From Candidatus Thorarchaeota archaeon (lineage in GTDB: Archaea > Asgardarchaeota > Thorarchaeia > Thorarchaeales > Thorarchaeaceae): a stretch of DNA of 64,000 bases. The DNA lies in contig JBHLQM010000005.1 of assembly GCA_048884785.1 (NCBI GenBank), forward strand, positions 9,272-73,271, given 5' to 3'. Numbering within the stretch: the stretch's first letter is position 1; the number at the start of each line of letters is the position of its first letter. Positions 20,095 through 29,576 of the stretch are shown here, piece by piece. The notes beneath the pieces are model-generated. The model searched no databases and had not been told where the DNA came from. It saw only the letters and a program-made list of their open reading frames with translations. The translations under genes were made by a program, and so were the position numbers.

Positions 20095-20502
20095 CTATTC
20101 AAGTTCTCCACCAGATTCACCAATGCGAATTGCCCTCATGGCTGGATCTGTGACACTCTGAGCATCATATCCGGATCTAATATCCGTTATTTCCTCATCA
20201 GCAACTTCAAACAACCCTAGGAGAATGTTACTTTCATGTAGAGCCCACTGACCATAGATATTTGGACGACGAGGTAGCTCGCATTCAAGTAGACCTATGG
20301 ATCCAGCACCAGACCACCAGCTAATACAAGCTTCTGAATGACCTAATTCGGCAAGCAACTCAGCCCACTGGCGTTTCAGCTCTGTAGGACCATGCTTTTG
20401 TCTAAAAGTAATCAAAACATTTGTTTTGGTCTTTTTTACAAAATCCTTGATGCGTGCAGTTTCATGTTCAGAGAAAAGAGTCATCGGTTTCAGCAATGGC
20501 AT
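20095..20502 (-). CDS. Hypothetical protein
   Basis: 135-aa ORF filling the gap between glmS and the rimK-like gene; no recognisable motif. Confidence 0.6.
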   Translation of the reverse strand: MPLLKPMTLFSEHETARIKDFVKKTKTNVLITFRQKHGPTELKRQWAELLAELGHSEACISWWSGAGSIGLLECELPRRPNIYGQWALHESNILLGLFEVADEEITDIRSGYDAQSVTDPAMRAIRIGESGGELE

Positions 20503-20573
20503 TTCTCAGATTCCCATAAAAGGACCTCGTTATGGATAAAAGGTAATCAGATTCTTCTATTGAATCGATTCTA

Positions 20574-21470
20574 ATGAAACGAGCATCGAGTATAGGCCTG
20601 TTCTCATCTGATCCCTGGTCAGCACGAGTTGCAAAGCTCGGACAGGCATTTCGAAAATTCGAGGTTGATGTCATAAATGTACTTCCATGGAAAGTTGCTC
20701 GGGAGGGATCTAGTAAACATCATGTAATCTCCATGGATGGCAAAGACCTTAGTAGACTTGATAGACTGATTGTATTAGACCTTGGTGCAAACGATATTGG
20801 CGCCTTTTTCAATAGGGTGGGTCTACTATCAGCACTTGCTGAGATGGATGTTGAGATAATTAATCCAGTCAACTCGATTTTGGTGATGAGGAACAAGGCT
20901 GAAACCATGCGAAAGCTGGCTTCAGCCAAAGTTGAGGTTCCAAAAACGCTAATCACTGAATCCATTGACGATGCGGCTAACTTTATTCGACAGAATTTCC
21001 CATGCATTCTAAAGCCTATTACAGGATTTGGTGGAGAAGGAGTTCAGCTCATAGACAAGCAATTTGACATTGATAATGTATATGACTATCTGAAGTTCCA
21101 TAGTCAAATGTTTGGCAAGGGTGCATATCTCCTTCAGGAATATATCAGGAATCCGGGCTATGATATTAGAGCTCTAGTTTTGGAGAGCCAAGTCATTGCC
21201 ACAATGCAACGAGTTGGTACTCATGGTGTTGTGACCAACCTTCATTCAGGAGGCTTCCCGCGCAAGAATGATATTGACGTCAATGAGGTCGCATTGAGAG
21301 CTGCGGCATCAGTTCGTGGAAGACTAGTGGGTGTTGATTTGATTCCCGATCTTGAAGGTGTAATATGGGTTCTTGAAGTAAATGCCACTCCAGGATGGAC
21401 AGGGATACAGAAAGTCACAGATTTTGATATCTCTGAGAGAATCGCTGACGTACTCTCCAGGAATCGCTGA
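20574..21470 (+). CDS. RimK family ATP-grasp alpha-L-glutamate ligase
   Basis: RNK, VPKT, ILKP..GFGG.GV, LLQEYI, DIR, TNLHSGG, GVD, LEVNATPGW. Confidence 0.9.
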   Translation: MKRASSIGLFSSDPWSARVAKLGQAFRKFEVDVINVLPWKVAREGSSKHHVISMDGKDLSRLDRLIVLDLGANDIGAFFNRVGLLSALAEMDVEIINPVNSILVMRNKAETMRKLASAKVEVPKTLITESIDDAANFIRQNFPCILKPITGFGGEGVQLIDKQFDIDNVYDYLKFHSQMFGKGAYLLQEYIRNPGYDIRALVLESQVIATMQRVGTHGVVTNLHSGGFPRKNDIDVNEVALRAAASVRGRLVGVDLIPDLEGVIWVLEVNATPGWTGIQKVTDFDISERIADVLSRNR

Positions 21471-21619
21471 TTTCATGTTGACGAATAAGAATACTTTTAA
21501 GACGATTGCGGGCGGAAACAAACTGTATCAACGAGTTGAACTACTTAATGATACAAAATGCAGATGGAATCCGTCCTGCTCAGCAGGGCTCGTAAAACGA
21601 AATTCTGAGGTTTCAGATT

Positions 21620-22594
21620 TTGACAGAAGCGACTGAGACGAGTATAGAGAATATAGAGTTCCTTAGAGCCAAGCTCCGAGAACTCAAAACCCAGGCAAGA
21701 GAAGATTTAGAGGTTCTGAGAAGAAACCGTGACCAGATGAGAGAGTACAAACGAATTAGAGACGAACATAACAAAGAAGTTCGAGGACTAATCGAATCGG
21801 TTAAGGCAGAACGAGAAGAACGTGATCGGATAAACAAGGAGATCACTGAGGCAAAAGATAGAAGGTCCGCTCTCCACGCTCAATTAAAGAGTGTGTATGA
21901 TGAAATTCGTGAGTTAAGAGGACGATTGGTGGGAAGTCCATCAAACGATCAGCGGAGAATGATGCGACGGGTTGAGGAGCTTGAATGGCGTCAGCAGACT
22001 GAGCAGTTGACTGTTGAAGAAGAGAGAAATCTTGTCGAAGAGATTGCCAAGATTGAAGCAAAGCTTGTCAAAATAGGACAGGAGAAAGAAAAGCAAGACA
22101 GGATAATGGAACTCCGAAGACTCGCACGAAATCTAAAGATGGAAGCAGGAGACGCACATCAGAAAGTAATTGTCCTTTCAGAGCAGTCTCAAGTTCATCA
22201 TCAGGAAGTTGTTAGAATCAGACCTCAGTTAGAGGAATACAAGAAGAGCGCAGATACGGCTCATCAAAACTTCGTCGAGTGGCTGAAGAAGGTTAAGGAT
22301 GGAGAAACAGTACTAAAGACTATCAGAACTCAGATTGATGAGATTCAGGGCAAGATTAGGAAGCATGTTTCCACTTCCAAAGAGTCCGAACGTTCCGAGA
22401 AGCGTACAAAGCAAAAGGTGCATGAACAAGAAAAAATCGATGATGCTGTTGATAAGCTCAAAGCTGGAAAGAGGCTAACTTTTGACGAATTCATCCTGGC
22501 TCGAAGAGCCGATGATGATAAAGGTCGGAAGACTTCAAAGGAAAGCACGGCTTCACAGGATGAAGAATCTGAAGAAGCTCAGACCGATGAGTGA
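21620..22594 (+). CDS. Archaeal coiled-coil protein (COG1340-like)
   Basis: Continuous heptads, RDE.N.EV, LEW.QQT..LT.EEE..LV, C-terminal KLKAGKRLTFDE. Confidence 0.8.
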   Translation: MTEATETSIENIEFLRAKLRELKTQAREDLEVLRRNRDQMREYKRIRDEHNKEVRGLIESVKAEREERDRINKEITEAKDRRSALHAQLKSVYDEIRELRGRLVGSPSNDQRRMMRRVEELEWRQQTEQLTVEEERNLVEEIAKIEAKLVKIGQEKEKQDRIMELRRLARNLKMEAGDAHQKVIVLSEQSQVHHQEVVRIRPQLEEYKKSADTAHQNFVEWLKKVKDGETVLKTIRTQIDEIQGKIRKHVSTSKESERSEKRTKQKVHEQEKIDDAVDKLKAGKRLTFDEFILARRADDDKGRKTSKESTASQDEESEEAQTDE

Positions 22595-22604
22595 TTTCTA
22601 TGAT

Positions 22605-22624
22605 GGAGGGGTAGAACACCCTCC
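22605..22624. terminator. Hairpin after the coiled-coil gene
   Basis: GGAGGG-GTAGAACA-CCCTCC. Confidence 0.35.
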
Positions 22625-22650
22625 TAATCATATCTTTGTGAGGGGGAAGA

Positions 22651-23910
22651 ATGAGCAGCAGGAATCAACGACCGGTAAGTAAGCGTGCAGCCGCAACCGT
22701 CTTCTATATGTTGGCAATAGGTTCAGGCGTACTGAGATCATTTTCGGTTGGCTTCGATATTGTAGCACTTAACACTGTATTGAGTGATCCCATAGTTTAT
22801 GGATTCATGTCACAGTGGGTTAGTTTCATTTGTACATTTGCGGCAGTTGCGATACTCAGTATTAGAGTGAGAATGGATGGGAAGCGTCAGCCGCTAGGTT
22901 TTTCGCTGGACCCAGACTTTGGTAGAATTGGACTGCTTCCAAAAAAGCCTATGACTTACATTGTACTGTCAGGGATTTTTGCGGGGATCTCCACTTTCTC
23001 GTACTACTTCATTGTAGGTCAAATGGATGCATCAACTGTTTTGCCCTATGGGCAACTGGTCATCATCTATTTGCTGATGGGCGATTTGTGGGCTGAAAAG
23101 GACACCCCAACAATAGTCGAACTTCAATGCATCATCTCAATTCTGATTGGTGTCTTGCTGGTTGGTGTCCAGCCTGGCGGTTTTGATGTCATCACTTTGC
23201 TGATAGTTTTGGTACCAATGAACATTTCATCAGCATTCATGACATTCTACCAGAGGAAAACCAAGAGATATGAAATACGACCAGGCTTGCGGGTTGATTC
23301 TCTAAACATGCGCCTATGGACCCTCTTTGTTTTGAATTCTGTCATGAGCCTTCTAATGATTCCTCTTCTACCACTAAATTTCGTAGATATCATGTATCAG
23401 CATTTTAGCCCACTTCTTCTTCTAATGGTAGGGTCCTCTCTAACTGCATTTTTTGGACTGGTAATGTATATCCGGGCTCTTGGACGAGGATCAATGGCAA
23501 TCGTAAACTCCCTGGCGTCAGTATCCGTGATTCTAGGGATACCAATGACCCTGATAGGGAATATGCTGATTCCTGGGGCATTTGGCACGATTTCTGGAGA
23601 TGCATTTTTTGCCGTTCTGAAAGTCTTTGGAGTATTACTTGTCCTTGTTGGGGTGGTATCACTTCAGGGAACCGAGGTGAGGTCTATTGTTATTATAAAG
23701 GTCAAACCTCTTACAGGAGATATACTACCCGAATTATTTGAAATCAAAGGAGTCGAAACTGCTTCAGGACTTGCCGGTGGATATGATTATCTCCTTACAA
23801 TAAGAAGTAGAAGCCTCGGCAAAACTAGCACTAACATATTGAAGAAGATTCACGCTATTCCTGAAATATACTCGGTTGAAACAATGGTCGCATTGAGAGA
23901 ATATAGGTAA
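22651..23910 (+). CDS. EamA/DMT-type 10-TM transporter fused to a C-terminal Lrp/AsnC ligand-binding (RAM) domain
   Basis: About 10 TM helices in two repeats (Y..AL..G..A.V.SL); C-terminus IKGVE....LAGGYDYLL.I...IPEIYSVETMV. Confidence 0.75.
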   Translation: MSSRNQRPVSKRAAATVFYMLAIGSGVLRSFSVGFDIVALNTVLSDPIVYGFMSQWVSFICTFAAVAILSIRVRMDGKRQPLGFSLDPDFGRIGLLPKKPMTYIVLSGIFAGISTFSYYFIVGQMDASTVLPYGQLVIIYLLMGDLWAEKDTPTIVELQCIISILIGVLLVGVQPGGFDVITLLIVLVPMNISSAFMTFYQRKTKRYEIRPGLRVDSLNMRLWTLFVLNSVMSLLMIPLLPLNFVDIMYQHFSPLLLLMVGSSLTAFFGLVMYIRALGRGSMAIVNSLASVSVILGIPMTLIGNMLIPGAFGTISGDAFFAVLKVFGVLLVLVGVVSLQGTEVRSIVIIKVKPLTGDILPELFEIKGVETASGLAGGYDYLLTIRSRSLGKTSTNILKKIHAIPEIYSVETMVALREYR

Positions 23911-23925
23911 GGTGAGGAAAAAACT

Positions 23926-24177
23926 ATGTCAAACAAAGTTATGGCGTATATCCTAATGAGGGTTGAACTAGGTTGGACTGACAAGGTCATTGAGGGACTT
24001 CGCAGTATTGATGAAGCTACAAAGGTGTCAGTCACTACAGGTGAGTATGACATTGTTGTGCTTGTCGAAGTGGAAGACCTCGAAACTCTCTACGAGATAA
24101 CAGTTAATCGAGTTCATAAGATACCAGGCATTGCTGAAACCACAACTGCGGTAATTGAGAAGATGATAACTTCATAG
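23926..24177 (+). CDS. Stand-alone Lrp/AsnC ligand-binding (RAM) domain protein
   Basis: AYILM.V, VTTGEYDIVVLVE, IPGI..TTT; no HTH. Confidence 0.9.
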   Translation: MSNKVMAYILMRVELGWTDKVIEGLRSIDEATKVSVTTGEYDIVVLVEVEDLETLYEITVNRVHKIPGIAETTTAVIEKMITS

Positions 24178-24269
24178 CTGTTAGTATTTTGGTGCAGAAA
24201 CAGCGGTCTTTTTAATCGCGTTGCTTCTATACTGCATGTGGGCTTCAAAAAAAGCTCAAATTCATTGCT

Positions 24270-25226
24270 TTGAAGGTGCCAATAGTGGATGTATTATTAT
24301 CACACTTAACAAAGAATTTCGGTGAGCTAATAGCTGTCAATGATGTAGACCTAGAAGTGCCTGCCGGAACCGTATTTGGTCTTCTTGGACCGAATGGAGC
24401 AGGGAAGAGTACTACAACAAGACTTCTCAGTACCCTCTTGAAGCCTACCAGTGGTACTGCCCAGATTGCAGGCTACGATATCATTGAAGAACCAGTGAAG
24501 GTAAGAGAAGTAACTGGAGTTCTTCCAGAGGAATCCAATCATACACTATATGAATTGATGTCTGCGTATGAAAATCTAGAGTATTTCGCTCGCCTTTATG
24601 GCGTTCCGAAAGAGGAAATTGAACCGAGAATCAAAGAGTTACTGGGGTTCATGGACCTGTGGGATCGGAAGGATGACCTTGCTGGTGAGTTGAGTAGCGG
24701 GAATCGCCAACGTCTTGCATTATGTAGAGCTCTTCTTCATAAGCCAACAGTTTTGTTGCTCGACGAACCCACAAGTACTCTTGACCCAATCGCAGCGAAG
24801 AAAGTCCGGGAACTCATTCTTGGACTCTCTGAGAAATTCGGACAGACATTCTTCATTAATTCCCATAACCTTGCGGAAGTTCAACGGATCTGTAATCGCA
24901 TTGCCATAATTGATGAGGGCAAAATACTCCTAACTGGAAAAACAGAGGAATTGCGATTAAAACTGAGAGCTCAGCAGCGATTCAGACTCCTGATTCATGG
25001 AGATATTTCTACAGCTGAAAGCATAGTAAGGAATCTTGATTTTGTAAAAGATGTGAAATCGGAAATTGATACTCTAGAATGTGAAATTGAGAATCCGATT
25101 GATAACAATTCCAAGCTTTTGAGAACACTGCTCGATAAGGGCGTCAACATTATTGAGCTTGCAGAAGAGGAAGCATCGTTGGAAGACCTCTATCTTGAAG
25201 TAATTAAGGGAGGTGGCAAGAAATGA
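24270..25226 (+). CDS. ABC transporter ATP-binding protein
   Basis: GPNGAGKST, LSSGNRQR, LLLDEPT, H-loop SH. Confidence 0.93.
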   Translation: MKVPIVDVLLSHLTKNFGELIAVNDVDLEVPAGTVFGLLGPNGAGKSTTTRLLSTLLKPTSGTAQIAGYDIIEEPVKVREVTGVLPEESNHTLYELMSAYENLEYFARLYGVPKEEIEPRIKELLGFMDLWDRKDDLAGELSSGNRQRLALCRALLHKPTVLLLDEPTSTLDPIAAKKVRELILGLSEKFGQTFFINSHNLAEVQRICNRIAIIDEGKILLTGKTEELRLKLRAQQRFRLLIHGDISTAESIVRNLDFVKDVKSEIDTLECEIENPIDNNSKLLRTLLDKGVNIIELAEEEASLEDLYLEVIKGGGKK

Positions 25227-25975
25227 GCAAGGCAATGGTTGTGGCAATCACAGATTTCAGGAACGCGATTAAACTTCGATTTGTAAAATGGGGTCTCATT
25301 CTTGCAGCGGCATTTGGACCCATAATGAATATTTTCTTGGTCTTGGCTTTGGTTTTGGCTTTGCCGCCAAGTGAATTCAATATGATAGTTGGGTTCATAG
25401 GTCCAACTGTAGCAGCTATGCTGGCAATCTTTGCGATTATTCCCACAACAATGATTTCAGCAAATTCCCTTGTAGGTGAAAAAGAACAGAATACCCTTGA
25501 ACCACTTCTATGTACTCCACTAACAGACATGGAAATCCTATGGGGCAAGACAATGGCATCTGCAATTCCAAGTCTCATCATTCTCGTTAGCAGTACTGCG
25601 GCAACAATAATAGTGACCAATGTTATTCTTCTTGCATTAGGCTATCCAATGTTGCTGATTCCTGATCTTGCGGGATTGTATCTCTTGAGTACAGCAACTC
25701 CTGTGATGATATTCGCTGTCATTGCTGTGATGATTATAATAAGCGGGAAGGTTAAACGAGTATATGAAGCCTACCAGGTAAGTAGTGCAGTGGTACTTGT
25801 ATTCATCATCCCAATGATTGGACCAATGATAGGCATGGGATCCGGAGGTGTTGCTGCGAGTCAAGTTTGGTTGATGAACCTCATTACAGTAATAATTGCA
25901 ATCGCCTTATTCGCAGTAGCATGGGCAATTGCATTGAAAAGATTCGATAGAGACAGACTAGTATCCATGGTTTGA
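25223..25975 (+). CDS. ABC-2 transporter permease
   Basis: GEKEQNTLEPLLCTP...GK motif, 6 TM helices, ATGA overlap with the ATPase gene. Confidence 0.9.
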   Translation: MSKAMVVAITDFRNAIKLRFVKWGLILAAAFGPIMNIFLVLALVLALPPSEFNMIVGFIGPTVAAMLAIFAIIPTTMISANSLVGEKEQNTLEPLLCTPLTDMEILWGKTMASAIPSLIILVSSTAATIIVTNVILLALGYPMLLIPDLAGLYLLSTATPVMIFAVIAVMIIISGKVKRVYEAYQVSSAVVLVFIIPMIGPMIGMGSGGVAASQVWLMNLITVIIAIALFAVAWAIALKRFDRDRLVSMV

Positions 25976-25977
25976 AA

Positions 25978-26008
25978 GTGAATTGGGGGCATGTACCCCT
26001 ATATTCAC
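25978..26008. terminator. Hairpin between convergent permease and gamma-CA genes
   Basis: GTGAAT-TGGGGG-CATGTA-CCCCTA-T-ATTCAC. Confidence 0.5.
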
Positions 26009-26011
26009 CAT

Positions 26012-26536
26012 TTAATAGAGCCTCTTTAGACCAATAGGATATCTTTTTGCTAGACTTCTATAGATTCTCTTAAACTCACTCAGTTCTTCTTTGTGATGAG
26101 TTTGAGTATCTCCAATAATCTTAGCGGGAACACCAACCACGATAGTCGCATCTGGGACTTCAAACCTTGCTCTGACAACAGCACCTTCTCCCACGATGGC
26201 CCATCTACCTATTGATGCATAATCAGATACAATGGCACCCATGCCTACAACCGCTTCGTCAAGTATTGTTGCATTGTGAATGATGCAGCCGTGTCCCAAA
26301 GTAACATTTCTCCCAATTTCTGTAGATTCATTTGGTCGTGCATGGACGATTACATTATCTTGAATGCTGGTTCCATCTCCAACTGTTATTTTCCCATAGT
26401 CACCTTTTACGACCGCGCCTGGGGCAATATAACATTCCTCTCCTACTGTTACGTCCCCAATAACAGATGCCGTTTCGCTGACATATGTAGTCGCACCAAT
26501 TCTAGGAATTCTTCCTTCAAACTCATAGACACCCAT
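26012..26536 (-). CDS. Gamma-class carbonic anhydrase family (LbH) protein
   Basis: Hexapeptide repeats, VIGDV, SIQDN..VH, TLGH...IH, GMGA, GVPAK. Confidence 0.92.
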   Translation of the reverse strand: MGVYEFEGRIPRIGATTYVSETASVIGDVTVGEECYIAPGAVVKGDYGKITVGDGTSIQDNVIVHARPNESTEIGRNVTLGHGCIIHNATILDEAVVGMGAIVSDYASIGRWAIVGEGAVVRARFEVPDATIVVGVPAKIIGDTQTHHKEELSEFKRIYRSLAKRYPIGLKRLY

Positions 26537-26693
26537 TGTTAAACACCAGTTTCAATTCATTCATACAGAATATTAGGTTGGCTGTAGCGCATTGATTTTC
26601 ATTACTCTGGCTGAAACCATCATCTCCGAAATATTAAAGGCACACGGATGTAGAAGTGCCACTGTAGGTATGCAAGTTCCAAGGTGTGATGCT

Positions 26694-27095
26694 ATGCCGC
26701 GAATTGATAGAGACGATCAAGATGATTCAGTAGCATTCCCAATACTTCGTGGAGAATCAGTAGGTGAGTCGGGAGAATTCAGAGGCTATGTTGCGATAAT
26801 AAGAGATGCAAGTCACCTAAGCAGGAAATTAACAGGCAATCATGTTGCTGTTTTACATCATTTATTGGAACCCCATTTTGCCAAGAATCCGGACGACTTG
26901 GATGAGCTAATGAAGAAAGTATCTGCAGTAATCTCCGAATTCGGTGATGCTGTTAGTGATTTTGCTGCGGCCGCATACCACCGAGAAACCATTGCTGTTG
27001 TAAAGGTTGTTGATGCTTGCCATGTGCTGGAAGAAAACATGCACATTCGCATTATTGCTCACGAGAATAATGGAGATATTTTCTTCATTGATTGA
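26694..27095 (+). CDS. Stand-alone PEP-utilising enzyme mobile (swivelling) domain homolog with phospho-His replaced by Asp
   Basis: LRG.S...G...G...I, then AVISEFGDAVSDFAAAAYHRETIAVVKVVDA aligning with consensus AIVTEEGGxTSHAAIVARELGIPAVVGV; AGGTG SD before MPRID. Confidence 0.6.
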   Translation: MPRIDRDDQDDSVAFPILRGESVGESGEFRGYVAIIRDASHLSRKLTGNHVAVLHHLLEPHFAKNPDDLDELMKKVSAVISEFGDAVSDFAAAAYHRETIAVVKVVDACHVLEENMHIRIIAHENNGDIFFID

Positions 27096-27172
27096 AACTC
27101 CAAAGCACTTCTAACAAGATTAATTATGGAGACCTGTTCAGCATCAACGGATGAGTTGAACGGGAATGTCAT

Positions 27173-28159
27173 ATGAAGACGCAAGCAATATTTGACTGGT
27201 CAAGGGTTCATAGGTATGATCACAAGGTACTGCTTCTCAGTATACCTCTGTTTATACTATATGCAGCCCTGCTCAATGTCATTTGCATTATCGAAGAAGT
27301 GCTTATTGTTGGAATGCTCTATCTCATTGTTCAGCTTGCTGTTGGAATGACAGCAACACGGATTTGCCATCGATTAGGCAATAGAGCGAAGGCTGCATTA
27401 GCATTGATTGATCCGTCAACTTTGAACTCCTCTTGGCAGCTCACAAAAACAGCAATCCATCAGGGTGAGATTGGCAGAATCTTTGAGAAATTCTATAAAT
27501 CGATACAGGAAGCCGATAAAAAGACTGCAGATGACATAAATGACATTGCATGGTTTCTAGTTGCTGTTTGGACAATGGTAAGTACTCTTGCGGTAATGAC
27601 CGTTGATGCCTTTAGACCGTTTTGCCTGATTTCTGCAGGAGTATTGGCACTAATATGCTTTCTCACCTATTATGAGGGGCATAGAGGTCTAACAAATGGA
27701 TACTTTGAAGACGAAATCGATCATTTGGAATTTCATGTGATTTCCCGGATGAGTCTTCTTTCCTCAATTACACCGGACGCAAGAACTAATGTGATTTGGA
27801 AAGAAAGAAATAGCAAAATGGTACTCTATGATTTTTCTGTTGCATTTGAATTCAATGAGAAGATAAAGCTCAGTCTGGAGTATTTTCTTGGACTGCCCTC
27901 CTCAGATTATGAAAGATTCGTTATTAATGGTAGCGAGAACGAGATCAAACGGATTGAAGCTTCCCTAGGCTCGCTACTTTCCGATTTCCCAGGGTGGGAG
28001 CCTATCAAAACTAGCAATGCATCCATGATTCTCATGAATACCGAACACCAGACCGAGCTAGGAAATCGAGATTCATTAATTCGAAGCCCAGAAAAGCCAG
28101 TTTACCTTGAAAAGATTGCAATGCTGGTGATGTCAACCGTGATAAATGGCCGACATTGA
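27173..28159 (+). CDS. Hypothetical membrane protein (2+2 TM helices, soluble C-terminal domain)
   Basis: 328-aa ORF with hydrophobic segments. Confidence 0.65.
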   Translation: MKTQAIFDWSRVHRYDHKVLLLSIPLFILYAALLNVICIIEEVLIVGMLYLIVQLAVGMTATRICHRLGNRAKAALALIDPSTLNSSWQLTKTAIHQGEIGRIFEKFYKSIQEADKKTADDINDIAWFLVAVWTMVSTLAVMTVDAFRPFCLISAGVLALICFLTYYEGHRGLTNGYFEDEIDHLEFHVISRMSLLSSITPDARTNVIWKERNSKMVLYDFSVAFEFNEKIKLSLEYFLGLPSSDYERFVINGSENEIKRIEASLGSLLSDFPGWEPIKTSNASMILMNTEHQTELGNRDSLIRSPEKPVYLEKIAMLVMSTVINGRH

Positions 28160-28295
28160 GCAATAGCCATAAGGCTCCAAAAACAGTTGCTAAGTGAAGG
28201 AAGCAATGATATACTAACTACAATATGCGAGTGACCACTAAATGAAGGTAAGAATGAAAGTTGAGAGAAGATGGCTTCAGTTAGAGCGCAAAAGC

Positions 28296-29576
28296 ATGGC
28301 AAAGATGAAGAGAGACTATGCTTCATGGGAAGCAGAAACACTTCAGAGAGCGAAAAAAGCAAAAGATCTCAGGTCGCTTAGAGATGTATTTTATGAGTTA
28401 GGAGATCGTTGGGAGTGGAATCAAGCCGCAGGCGCGTGGCTAGAGAATGGAGAGCCCCTTGACACCGTAGGTTTGATTCTTCGAATACCCGGATTTGATC
28501 CATGTAAGGAGAGGTATGTTGTTTATGGTGTCATGGCGTACAGTAAAGGCTTCACAGGTCAATTCGATCATCTGGGTGACAAGGAACGTATCATAATTGA
28601 AAAGGACATCAAAACAGGGAAGATGTATGCATGGTCAACAACTGGGCATGGAGCAATGGATTTGGTACCCACAGATGTCAGTAGATTTCATTCCATACAA
28701 ACCTTGCTGGAGAGCTGCTTTATCGTTGCTCAGCCAGGAGATCATGCAATGAGACTTGAAGTGCCAAAAGAAAAGAGGACGCTACGAGACATTACTCAGC
28801 GAATGTGGGAAATAGCTACAGGAGGGATTACTTATGAGGCAAAGGAAATCAGCCTCTTAGACTCCGAGGATATCGAGAAAACATTGGATTTTAGATTCTA
28901 TAGATTTGCACAGTCTGTAATTGAGTTAGAGAGAATATGGAAGCAGCTTCAGGTTGGTGCTTTTGAAGGAGCAATGGAAGCAGTATTGGACAAGATTCCG
29001 GATCATATCGAAAAACGTGTGGAGAGAACATTAAAACGTGTAGAGGGTCTCTTGCATCTTCTTTGGTTTAAGCCTCCAGCAAAGTGTCTGCAGCCTGCTC
29101 GCAGACTATACGAAGAGATGAGACATGAACCCACACCAACAGATGTTGAGAGAACTCTCATTCCATATATGGGTGAAGTTGTATACAGCTTGAATGACAT
29201 TATCGAGAAAGCGAAATACATCAAATGGAAAAGCGTGATGGATAAAAAGGCATTTGGGGATAGCGATGCTTTTCGGGGACTTGACCTATCAAGCATTGAA
29301 AAGGAAGCATTTGCAGTAGCACTCGAGGACATCCTCCGGGAACATACCCTATCCTATATTGGGTACCCCGAAAGAGGAACTATGAAGAACAAGATAATGA
29401 GGATAGCATTTGGAACTTTCATGCTTCCACTGCGTCTGGTTTCTACATTCACAAAATCCTTGAGAGCAAGAATATCTGTACCGCTTCAACTCCTCGGCAA
29501 GAAAAAGCAAAATGAAAATGTGTCAGAGGATGATTATTCAAGAGATACGACCTCAGATGGTGAGATGAAGACCTGA
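28296..29576 (+). CDS. Hypothetical protein with possible Vps62/NPP1-like N-terminal domain and helical C-terminus
   Basis: DHLGDKERIII...STTGHG...VAQPGDHA motif order. Confidence 0.6.
   Translation: MAKMKRDYASWEAETLQRAKKAKDLRSLRDVFYELGDRWEWNQAAGAWLENGEPLDTVGLILRIPGFDPCKERYVVYGVMAYSKGFTGQFDHLGDKERIIIEKDIKTGKMYAWSTTGHGAMDLVPTDVSRFHSIQTLLESCFIVAQPGDHAMRLEVPKEKRTLRDITQRMWEIATGGITYEAKEISLLDSEDIEKTLDFRFYRFAQSVIELERIWKQLQVGAFEGAMEAVLDKIPDHIEKRVERTLKRVEGLLHLLWFKPPAKCLQPARRLYEEMRHEPTPTDVERTLIPYMGEVVYSLNDIIEKAKYIKWKSVMDKKAFGDSDAFRGLDLSSIEKEAFAVALEDILREHTLSYIGYPERGTMKNKIMRIAFGTFMLPLRLVSTFTKSLRARISVPLQLLGKKKQNENVSEDDYSRDTTSDGEMKT

Noticed and set aside
21620-22594. ESCRT-III, SMC or intermediate-filament-like protein
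   Set aside because: The motifs match a widespread archaeal coiled-coil family; no ATPase head and no recognisable Snf7 signature.
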